Shown one piece after another: positions 11,001-19,244 of a stretch of DNA of 64,000 bases; within the stretch, counting starts at the first letter, position 1; each line of letters opens with the position of its first letter. The stretch is from positions 620,001-684,000 of the forward strand of contig AP039693.1 in assembly GCA_051599415.1 (NCBI GenBank), written 5' to 3'. This DNA is from Savitreella phatthalungensis. Its lineage: Eukaryota. A program made the position numbers and the translations under genes. Below the pieces are notes generated by a model that saw nothing but the letters and a program-made list of their open reading frames with translations, was not told the DNA's origin and did not search any database.

Positions 11001-14000
11001 CTCCTGTATGGTTCTACTATCTTGCCCTGGTCATGGTGCACTTACAGCAAAGGGGCAATTACACTGCGGCAGGCCTCGGATTCGTCTACCTCGGCATCAT
11101 CTCTGCTGACCGGCTCAACGCGCTCGAGTACGCTTACAAGTGCGGCCAGGTTGGCGAGAAGCTGCTGATCAGAGATGCGGACGATGGTACCAAAGCACGC
11201 GGTCTCATGTGCCTGCACGCCTTCCTCACGCACTTCGGAGATTCACTCACGAGCTGCATCACAGGTCACGAACTTGCTCTCCAGTATGCAATTACTGCCG
11301 GCGATCGCATCTATGCTTCATTCTCCCTGTCGCATCTCGCGGCCCTGCATTACTGGTCTGATTCTTCACTAGACACAGCAAAGACCTCGCTAGACGCCGC
11401 ACTCATCGAGCTCACAGAGTGGTCTTCTACAACTGACGCATTCACACTCATCATGGCAATTCGTCAATGCATCTGCGCTCTGCGTGGCGTTACAAACACT
11501 CGAGACCCAGCTCGCATCTTCACAGATGCCAAGTTTGACAGCGCGGAGCATGTCGCGTTTGTGCGCAAGCACTCTGCAGTCCCACAGGTACCTTTGAACT
11601 GGTGGCAGACTTACGAGCTGTGTCCGCTATACCATTATGGTCACCACGAGAGCGCCATCGCGCTTGGCCAAGACATGATGACGACGATTGCCTTCCACCC
11701 CTGCCATCGACACACGCGGCAAGGAATGTTGTTCTATGCTCTCAGCCTTGTCACGCGAGTGCGTCAGGGTGTCCAAACTGATGAGAGCCTCCGAATCTGC
11801 AGTGAAATCCTTGCAAGCATCCGCGAATTCGAGGGTCCTTTCAAAGACAACTTTGCGTGTTGGTCAACTCTTGTGGCTGCTGAACTTGCAGACGTTGAGA
11901 ATGCTGGAGGCGCGGGGTTCCAATCGGCAGCGCGACTGTACTCGGACTCGCTCGCTATTGCCACGCGACTTGGTTTCAAGCACGAAGAGGCACTTGCACT
12001 CGAGCTCCAAGGAAGCTTCTATGCTCGTCATGGCATCCCATTTGTCGCATCAGTCTCAATCAGGGACGCAATCTCCTGTTACTCCGCTTGGGGAGCTACC
12101 GGCGTAGCGAATGCTGTGTTTGAGCGCAATGCAGAATTGCTTCGCAGCTGTTCCCGTTCCTTCGGTACATCCGTTGCTACGCAGACTGGCGAGGACTCCG
12201 CCGGGGGAACGAGTCAGCCTCTTGAGGCTCAGCGCTCCGCCAGCTTAGCGCCGGAAGATTTCGAGTGGTTTGTTCATAGTCGCACGCGGAGACAGTCATC
12301 TGCAATGGACATCGAGGAAGGCCCGCGTGGCTCTCCACGTCCAGACGCCGGCCGGACCGCCCCAGACGCAGGCAATCGTCCAGATCTGCTCTCACTGGAC
12401 GTCATCGATCTCACCTCCATCATCAAATCGTCGCAGATCATTTCATCCGAGGTCAATGTTGAGACACTGCTCAAGCGTATGCTTGAGACCATTCTGGAGA
12501 ACACGACTGCAGAGTTCGGTGCTATCGTGGTGAAGGAGGATGGCCAATTCGCAATTGCTGCTTGTGGTACTTCTGAGGGCGGCTATGAGACTTTCAAGCC
12601 ACCCAGAGCACTTGCTGATGACGAGGAGCTGCTGAATGCTCGGATTGTCAACTATGTCATGCATACATCCGAGACGTTGCTTCTTCCAAGCACACGCGAG
12701 GATGGACGATTCAACCACCATAGCCAAGAGCAAGACATCTCGATTCTGTGCATGCCCATTCAGCACAAAAGATCAATCGTCGGCATCCTCTACATCCAAG
12801 CAGGGCCCCACACATTCAGCCGGCGACATGTCCAGGTTCTTGGGATGTTGCAGCAGCAGTTGGGTATCTCAATCACAAATGCCCTTCTGTTCAAAGCCGC
12901 ACAGAGTGCAACGCTTGCCAATGTAGCGATGATTGAATCGCAGAAGCAAGCGCTCGCGCAAGTCCGCGAGTCTGAGAACAAGTACATGGCTGTGCTCGAG
13001 ACGATGCCGGCTATCATCTTCACTGCAACAGCACAAGGTCAGGTCGACTATCTGTCTGCTTTCTGGTGGAAGTTCTGCGGAGATGCGGCGCCAAGTTGGC
13101 CAGAGTCGAAATGGATGACCATGTTGCCAACTGCTGATGCAGAGCGCTTCTCGCAAACTCTCAGCAAAGCAATCGCGACTGAAATCTTCGAGTCCTTCGA
13201 GCTCTCCATTCGAAGCAGCGATGGTCGTATGAAGGCGCACGACTGTCGAGCCACGCCACTCCGAGATACTTCAGGCAGAGTGATCAAGTGGATCGGCGCG
13301 ATGCTTGACATCGACGACCAGAAAGCAGCGCGAGAGAACGCCGTCAAGGCTGCACAGATGAAGACTGCCTGGGTCAGCACTATGTCACACGAGCTCCGCT
13401 CACCTTTCTCAGGTTTCTACGGCATGCTTGGTCTCTTAGCAGACACGCACCTGGACGACGAGCAGCGTGATATTGTCCGTACGGCTCAACAGGCCGCCAC
13501 GTCACTCCTACAGATCATCGATGACCTGCTCGATTTCTCGAAGCTCGAGGCTGGCAAAGTTGCTCTCGAATCCGATCAGGTCTTCCATGTCGAGGACCTC
13601 GGAAGCGACTGCCTCGAGCTCGTCCAACCCCTTGCATCGAAGAAGAATCTCGAGCTTGCGCTCTACCTGGAAGAGAACGTGCCCGTGCGTATGGCGGGTG
13701 ACAGCAACAAAATTCGTCAAGTTCTGATGAACCTCTTAGGAAATGCCGTCAAATTCACCGCGCATGGGTCGGTGATCCTCAGAACATCTCTTGACACTCG
13801 TCCATGTCCTTCACCTGGCTCAGCCTATCTTCGATTCCAGGTCGAGGATACCGGCATCGGAATGCGGCCAGAGGCCACAAAGGCGTTGTTCAAGCCCTTC
13901 AGCCAAGTCGACGAGTCGACCACACGTCTGTATGGTGGCACAGGACTCGGTCTGAGCATCTGCCGGCAGATTGTGCGTCTCATGGGTGGTGAGATCGAGG

Positions 14001-15172
14001 TTGTCACCGAGGAAGGTAAGGGCTCGTGCTTCTACTTCTGGATCGAGGTCAGAATGCTTGATGGCTCAGTCATCTCGCCCCACGCCGACGAAGTCGCGCT
14101 CAATCTCGCTAATGTTCGATCGGCTCTGAGTGGAGTCAATGTGCTCGTCTATTCGTCCTTCCAACATACACGTGCTGCTCTCTCCGCGTGTCTGCCAGAT
14201 ACCGTCGAGCTTCTGACAGCAACGGAAGCAGTCGTGCGGCGACTGCTCCAGCCAGATGCACCTCAAATCCAGCTGCTTGTTTTTGATGGGCACGCTGACG
14301 ATGTCGCGCAGCTCGCATCAATCCTTGAGAACCCTCGTCTTTCGCGCTTACAGGTGATCTGGTTCTACACACCGCGCGCCGCGCTCACGCATCCGACTAC
14401 TCTCATGGACAGCTTCCGTCAGGTGCCTGCGACGCAGCTCCCAATACCACGTACCGCTGGATCTGACTCGGCCGTCATCGCTCCACAAGCCGCCGTTCCG
14501 AGAACACCAGCACAGCTCGACAATGCGCTTGTGCAAACGTTTTCAGACCGCCTGACGCGTCTTTCGAAGCCGATTCGTCGCGCCAGACTTGCCTTGGCCT
14601 TCCTGAAAACGCTGTCGGCCATCAATCCCGCGGTACGTCCACCGCAGGGCATCGCTTCGGCACCAGCCACGGCCGGCAACTCTGGCGTCCACGTGCGTGC
14701 ACGGCGCCAGACCAATGTGACGAACCACTCGCCGAGCTCGTTCGGCACGGCTTTCACCTCGCTCGAGCTTGAGATCCTCCGAAGCAAGCGTATTCTCGTG
14801 GCTGAGGACAATCCTGTGCAGCAGAAGCTGCTGCTTAAGCAGCTGAGCAAGTTCGGACTAGAAGCCGACCTCGGACACAACGGTCTCGAAGCCTTGCGCC
14901 ATTACGAGGACCATCCGCCAGGCTACTACGCGCTCTTCTTCTGCGACTCCCATATGCCGCTGCTGTCAGGCGCAGACACGATGCGCCGGATCAGGGCGAT
15001 CGAGGCAGAAGGGTCGAAGGCATCGCCTAAGATCCCCATCATCACGCTGACGGCCGATGTGGTTGCGGAAAACAGAGAACTGTGTCTGAAGGCCGGTGCG
15101 GAGAAATACCTAACCAAGCCAATGACCATGGCATCCTTGGTCTCGACACTCAGACAGTACGTCCTCCGCTGA
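8063..15172 (+). CDS. Group X hybrid histidine kinase (Chk1/Mak2-Mak3 type): S/T-kinase-like, AAA, GAF, PAS, HisKA, HATPase, REC
   Basis: Kinase-like HGE...APEQTGR...DIYGL; Walker A GPGGVGKS and Walker B LVLDDVH; GAF ILCMPI...GILY; PAS WIGAMLDIDDQK; H-box MSHELRSP; N-box NLLGNAVKFT; DTGIG; GGTGLGLSIC; receiver ILVAEDN...CDSHMP...KP. Start could be 8033 or 8063. Confidence 0.95.
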   Translation: MSSAHPPMLNGITNDDLVHTLLDSPEFARYEFFEGLHGDTREFVVIRGRERSSGIPIACKISRHALRLERDAFATSKLKALDTHDYIDGIRDVIRIKQVGLTALVIAMTGGHNRFREPHLFPSTPLNEVLGFCVRACECIEFVHRNGMMHGEIGTDSFRWNEVTATMLPFGSGAKSWDNALSSENWRELSKERGIERKLAFLAPEQTGRLSTSPDHRTDIYGLAICFWYVLNGRLPYVGTPMQVLQAALSKKLPTSRGPGVLESILVKAAAKQPAARYKSVAGLRHDLCRVLAGESDFELGEHDVSSVFTLPSATIGREMESLQLVDCVRRFVRGRATTDFDENRSDSGTTRSNSTVSVSMPSNDTPSVICISGPGGVGKSSLIAILAQEARASGYFASAKFDRARARPYSAILKCVRSVLRQLLAENEDSVQELRDQMRAMSSLSQHVQPILDLLPELRNFLGREDQNIAHSTSNSTSSAGSSRDLAPQKMVRHDYSTGVRGMRSGGTKLRFTSLFLDILKVLSHLRPMVLVLDDVHQADSGSLELIASIVSSKASILLCLSMRPELDPSHDLMRLLRDPKVQTTMLHLRPLGLDAITSYVCETLHRPRDFSQPLAAVVEAKSAGNPFFVKEILRRLHDSGIIYFNWTAGRWDYDLSRVNRDLEDTVAEDHYVLRRLQTFAPSTQKFLCWAAFFGRTFEFSMVSKSMRRANARDNGEVESETEHVAALQACIQEGLIHTNKDDHYAFVHDRYLTAAAELASPEARASMHFEVALTLSDAGDDIYFVADHLILADTLVRRHENVDFFRGLMLIAGQKASRSGAQALALRYLRMCYELLPDLPDRWTPKYYPTTLDVSVKYAELCWWENDCDGAQSVLDEIFANATADPLDVATAHVLLCRVQQTLGEHEAARKQMTTYIAKLGYPIDNDPTYEKLDAMFAELREVDVFDNILDKPYITDPTTLTIAMITAEATTAGYWSSPVWFYYLALVMVHLQQRGNYTAAGLGFVYLGIISADRLNALEYAYKCGQVGEKLLIRDADDGTKARGLMCLHAFLTHFGDSLTSCITGHELALQYAITAGDRIYASFSLSHLAALHYWSDSSLDTAKTSLDAALIELTEWSSTTDAFTLIMAIRQCICALRGVTNTRDPARIFTDAKFDSAEHVAFVRKHSAVPQVPLNWWQTYELCPLYHYGHHESAIALGQDMMTTIAFHPCHRHTRQGMLFYALSLVTRVRQGVQTDESLRICSEILASIREFEGPFKDNFACWSTLVAAELADVENAGGAGFQSAARLYSDSLAIATRLGFKHEEALALELQGSFYARHGIPFVASVSIRDAISCYSAWGATGVANAVFERNAELLRSCSRSFGTSVATQTGEDSAGGTSQPLEAQRSASLAPEDFEWFVHSRTRRQSSAMDIEEGPRGSPRPDAGRTAPDAGNRPDLLSLDVIDLTSIIKSSQIISSEVNVETLLKRMLETILENTTAEFGAIVVKEDGQFAIAACGTSEGGYETFKPPRALADDEELLNARIVNYVMHTSETLLLPSTREDGRFNHHSQEQDISILCMPIQHKRSIVGILYIQAGPHTFSRRHVQVLGMLQQQLGISITNALLFKAAQSATLANVAMIESQKQALAQVRESENKYMAVLETMPAIIFTATAQGQVDYLSAFWWKFCGDAAPSWPESKWMTMLPTADAERFSQTLSKAIATEIFESFELSIRSSDGRMKAHDCRATPLRDTSGRVIKWIGAMLDIDDQKAARENAVKAAQMKTAWVSTMSHELRSPFSGFYGMLGLLADTHLDDEQRDIVRTAQQAATSLLQIIDDLLDFSKLEAGKVALESDQVFHVEDLGSDCLELVQPLASKKNLELALYLEENVPVRMAGDSNKIRQVLMNLLGNAVKFTAHGSVILRTSLDTRPCPSPGSAYLRFQVEDTGIGMRPEATKALFKPFSQVDESTTRLYGGTGLGLSICRQIVRLMGGEIEVVTEEGKGSCFYFWIEVRMLDGSVISPHADEVALNLANVRSALSGVNVLVYSSFQHTRAALSACLPDTVELLTATEAVVRRLLQPDAPQIQLLVFDGHADDVAQLASILENPRLSRLQVIWFYTPRAALTHPTTLMDSFRQVPATQLPIPRTAGSDSAVIAPQAAVPRTPAQLDNALVQTFSDRLTRLSKPIRRARLALAFLKTLSAINPAVRPPQGIASAPATAGNSGVHVRARRQTNVTNHSPSSFGTAFTSLELEILRSKRILVAEDNPVQQKLLLKQLSKFGLEADLGHNGLEALRHYEDHPPGYYALFFCDSHMPLLSGADTMRRIRAIEAEGSKASPKIPIITLTADVVAENRELCLKAGAEKYLTKPMTMASLVSTLRQYVLR

Positions 15173-15276
15173 GACGGACGACCCCATATAAAGATATATA
15201 AACGAATTATATAGCATCCCGTAGTACGCTCTACACATGTATTGTACGAATATCTTTGGCGGCGAGAGGTGTGAGG

Positions 15277-17388
15277 TCACTTGCGCGATCGCGATCGTGC
15301 TCGTGTCGTGCGCGCTCCCGAGGACTCCTCGGTCTTTGCCTTTTTCGAGGGCGACTTGTGTTTGTCAGCGTCAGCGTCGGTATCAGCTTGCCCTTCCTTC
15401 GACTCGTCCTCAGGTTCTTCCTTTGCAGCTGTCGTCGTCCTTTTGCCTGTGGACTTTGTGTCTGCTTTGGTCTCGCCGCCCTCGACACGTGCTGTCTCTT
15501 CCTTCGAATGAGAGTCGTCGTGTGTGGCCTTTCGCTTCTGACCATGATCTTCGGGCTTCGACATCTCCCGCTCGAAAGAGATCAGGCGCTCCTCCTCCTC
15601 CTCCCAGTCGAATGCACCTGGATCACCGCCCACATCTCCCGGGTCAGGGGTGTAGTCCTGTAGCATTTCTCGTGCCTCGCCAGATGCGACACGCTTGTCG
15701 TTGCCCATGATCTTGAGAGCGTATGACTTTTTCATTGCTTCAAGACAGGTCTTGGATGCTACTGAGAGATCCAGCATGGGTTTTGGGTAGTCCTTGCCAA
15801 TGACGACACCATACTTCTTCTGATCGCCAGCCGACAACTTCCATGGTTCATATATGAACTTGTCGGGAACGTCCTTGAGCTCCGGGCAAAATTCACGAAT
15901 CAGGTTACCGGAGGGATCCCACTTCTTGCCAAAGGCAACGGGTGAGTAGACGCGGAAGTAGCTTGTGAAGAAGGCGGAGCAGGAAAGCCACTGCCAGTTG
16001 CCAGCGTTGCAGGCAGGTTCGTGGTCCAGCAGATAACGCTCAAACACATCGGCGCCACGTTCCCACGAGATCCAGCATTGCCCTCTAGTAAGGAAGCAAG
16101 CGACAGAGTGTCTTGCCAAATGGTGGATCCAGCCATCTCGGATAAGTTGACGCATGATGGCATCAATCCATGGGAATCCCGTGTGACCAGTAGACCAGCG
16201 CACGAATTGCTCTTCAGCGCTAATGCGGCCTTTGCCGAATGTCTCGTCACCGTTGGTCGCGGCAGATTTGTCATAGCCGTTTGCATTGCCCTCTTTATCG
16301 AAGGTCGTCGGCAGCTTCCAGGCCATGTAATGACAGTGTTCGTTGCCCTCGACGCGGTCGTAGTTACTTGTCGCGTGCTGTGCGTGGAAGTACATGTCAC
16401 GGAAGAGCAGCTGACCCTCGAGCGAAGCAGGTGGCTTCGATGCCGTACCTTTGTATTTGGCGACAACGTCCTTGACGCCCCAGTAAAATTGACGGATTCC
16501 GAGCGAGCCAAAGTGCAAGTGTGGAGACAAAAGTGTGGTCTCTGGTGGATTGAAGACTCCGGGATTTGTCTTTGGCTTTTCGAACTCTGCGGTCTTTTTC
16601 GCATCATTCAGGTAGTCCTGTAGTGTTTTGAGAGCTCGCGTCTCGCCACCACGGTGGCGACTGGTGGCCGGCGCAATGTCCATCTCGTCCATCGTTACGA
16701 CAGAAAACTTGCCATCAGGTCCGGCCATCTCGTTGTAGCAGGTCACTTTGTCAGTATTCTTGCTCTTTCGGTCGATGAGATTCATGTCCGGATGAGCTTT
16801 GACATCGGAATCCTTGTCGAGACCGAATTTGAGATCGCCGGCCTTCGGAAGTGTTTTGGGTGCTTCAAGAGGTCTCGGAATCTTTCCAACATTTGGACCG
16901 CATCGCTCGACGGCACTGATGCTATAGATCGCTTTCCCTTGGTTTTCGTTCAGCATCGCTTCGGGGTCCCAGAGTGTTCTGCCTGTGACGGAGATGACTT
17001 TGACGCCGAGGGACTCTGCCATGTCTGTAGCACGCTTATCACGCTTTGCGCCATAAAGGTCGGTATCACGCTCAAAGACCAGGTGACTGATCTTCCAGTC
17101 TTTGAGAACCTGTTCGAGACATGTCAAGGGATTACCGCGGAGGACGATGAGGCCGTTGTTGCCGCCAGTCTTGTCACGGATGGACTTGTCGAGGTCCTGT
17201 TGGCAGTCAAGCAGGAACTGCCATCTGTTTGGTCCGACACGAGCACTGAATATATAGTGCGGGTCCCATGTCCAGATGGGATAGAGCACTTCTGGCTTTA
17301 GCTTTAGAGCAGCGTCAAGGGCTGGCTGGTCATGCAGTCGCAGGTCCGTTCTGAACCAGTATGCCACTCGAGGTGCTGATGGTGGCAT
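15277..17388 (-). CDS. (6-4) photolyase / cryptochrome-photolyase family protein with a charged C-terminal extension
   Basis: YWFRTDLRLHDQPAL; LSPHLHFGSL; TGFPWIDAIMRQL; (6-4)-type WIHHLARH His pair; CWISWERG and NAGNWQWLS tryptophan chain. Confidence 0.95.
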   Translation of the reverse strand: MPPSAPRVAYWFRTDLRLHDQPALDAALKLKPEVLYPIWTWDPHYIFSARVGPNRWQFLLDCQQDLDKSIRDKTGGNNGLIVLRGNPLTCLEQVLKDWKISHLVFERDTDLYGAKRDKRATDMAESLGVKVISVTGRTLWDPEAMLNENQGKAIYSISAVERCGPNVGKIPRPLEAPKTLPKAGDLKFGLDKDSDVKAHPDMNLIDRKSKNTDKVTCYNEMAGPDGKFSVVTMDEMDIAPATSRHRGGETRALKTLQDYLNDAKKTAEFEKPKTNPGVFNPPETTLLSPHLHFGSLGIRQFYWGVKDVVAKYKGTASKPPASLEGQLLFRDMYFHAQHATSNYDRVEGNEHCHYMAWKLPTTFDKEGNANGYDKSAATNGDETFGKGRISAEEQFVRWSTGHTGFPWIDAIMRQLIRDGWIHHLARHSVACFLTRGQCWISWERGADVFERYLLDHEPACNAGNWQWLSCSAFFTSYFRVYSPVAFGKKWDPSGNLIREFCPELKDVPDKFIYEPWKLSAGDQKKYGVVIGKDYPKPMLDLSVASKTCLEAMKKSYALKIMGNDKRVASGEAREMLQDYTPDPGDVGGDPGAFDWEEEEERLISFEREMSKPEDHGQKRKATHDDSHSKEETARVEGGETKADTKSTGKRTTTAAKEEPEDESKEGQADTDADADKHKSPSKKAKTEESSGARTTRARSRSRK

Positions 17389-18180
17389 GATTGAAGCCTG
17401 TGTGACAAAGAGCTAAAGTCTTGATACTAGAATGTCTGTCACACACAGAATAGAAGTTGTCGGACTCGAGGCCGTTGATGGGGATGAGGATGCCTGGAAG
17501 ATGAAGGATAATGTCGATATGTTGATTGGGTGATGATGTCACATGTCAGATCTTTCGAATCGATCGCGATCAGATCCTTCGAGCACGTGTAATTCCATTG
17601 ACCGACTCAGATCTCGAGCATCAGTTTTAAAATACTCCGACTGACGAATTTGAATCCCAGCGCTGTATAGAAGAAATACCCAAAGCTGGCGCTGTTCAGA
17701 ACGAATCTCAAAGTCCCTCGGGAGTGATGCTCTTCAAGGTCAGAGATTCCTCTGTCAGTCTGAAGAATAACGGAGCATGTCAGGGTGGTCATATTTTTTA
17801 GGAGATCCTATACCTGATGACGAATGGATCAGAGTCGATCATATCGCATGCAAGGTCGTTCTGTTAATGATCGATTACACTGTGTCTCGATATCTCTATG
17901 AAGATTTCCTTGCGAAGGTCTGTGCCGGTCGACTCACTTTCTGGCTGAGTTGATATATTATCTGCTTACGACGTGATGGGACCCAGGCATGGAATGTTTG
18001 AAACTTATCATTGATGCACAGCGAACCACCAAAGACTCGCTGCCTGCCCTCTGCCGATGAGACTGCTCTTCACGTATGCGGAACAAATGCACTCTGTCCC
18101 TGTATATACGCTTCATCCAGCTTCACAGCCCGTTCATTATGCGTGATAGAAGAGCATCATCACTCGAATGCAGATCAACC

Positions 18181-18295
18181 ACTCACTCAATCACACATTC
18201 AATCAATCATTCAGTCAACAATTCAATCAATCATTCAGTCAACAATTCAATTGTTCATCATTCACTCACTCACTCATTCACTCAATCATTCAATA
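18181..18295 (+). repeat. Degenerate TCAA/TCAT/CTCA tetranucleotide tract containing an exact 24-bp tandem duplication
   Basis: attcaatcaatcattcagtcaaca at 18197-18220 and 18221-18244, plus a partial third copy. Confidence 0.85.
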
Positions 18296-19244
18296 TATGG
18301 TTCGATCGATAACCCTATTTGAGATTGCGATCTACAGTGCCAAGGACGGAGTCTTGTGGAATTCTACCAGTTCTGACTGAAGACACAATCATTCCAATCA
18401 TTTGCTCAAGTTAAAACATGAAAATATAGTGCAAGTAGATTAGAACACCAAAGTGCTCTTACCGCTGCCTGTCACTCCTTTCCCGTTCATTCCACAGTGA
18501 AAGGACGGATCTATCAGCTCTTGATAGGTCAGTTTATTCACTCAAGCTCCCGCTTTCGAATCTACAACCAGCCAGACTACACTACTCTCCTGTCTTCTGA
18601 CAATCAGGCTTCACAGATACGCCAGAACGGCAGTGTATTCATTCATACCTGATCCACATTGGCGAGCGTGGTGGATGCATGGCGGCCATGAAGAGTAAGC
18701 AGATAGGAAAATTATAAGGTTAGTGAAACTAGTGCTGGTCGCTGACTGGTTTACGTGGATTTCAGCCAGGCCGGCCCTCAGCTATCTCGAGTGAATAGGA
18801 GTTGTCTTTGATTCACAGTCCACCCCTTGCTGATCATCCAGTCTTCACTCCTTCAACAGGTGCTAGTGCTGTTCAAGCCAGGTGAGGAGGACATTCAGGT
18901 CAGCTTACTTCCTCCCTTGGGGCCACATACATGTGCACAGGGCCAGCTAGTGATCATATCATACTCCATACGTGCTTGATCACAACATACCTCCAAGTCC
19001 ACGAGGATACATTCGTCTGTTCACGAGGGTCATTTGACCTGCATGTCTTCCAGGTCAGCTGTAAGCTCATGAATCGGCACCTCTTGTCCAGACCTTGGAA
19101 CTCCTTCTAGAATACCAAACACCACGTCTCATTTCTCAAGACTGTCAACAGACAACAAGCAGCTGTGCGAGTCAATTCGTCCACAATCGCCATTACTCAA
19201 TCATTTGAGACAGAGCCATAGCTGCGCCGTGGACCGTGGCTGCC

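Noticed and set aside
18310..18317. TAACCCTA as a possible telomerase RNA template
   Set aside because: An 8-mer is expected by chance in 64 kb, and I found no convincing pseudoknot or CR4/5; it would need a covariance search.
18011..18380. Short repetitive ORFs (IQSIIQST..., SINHSVNN...)
   Set aside because: Translations of the tetranucleotide tract, open in all three frames.
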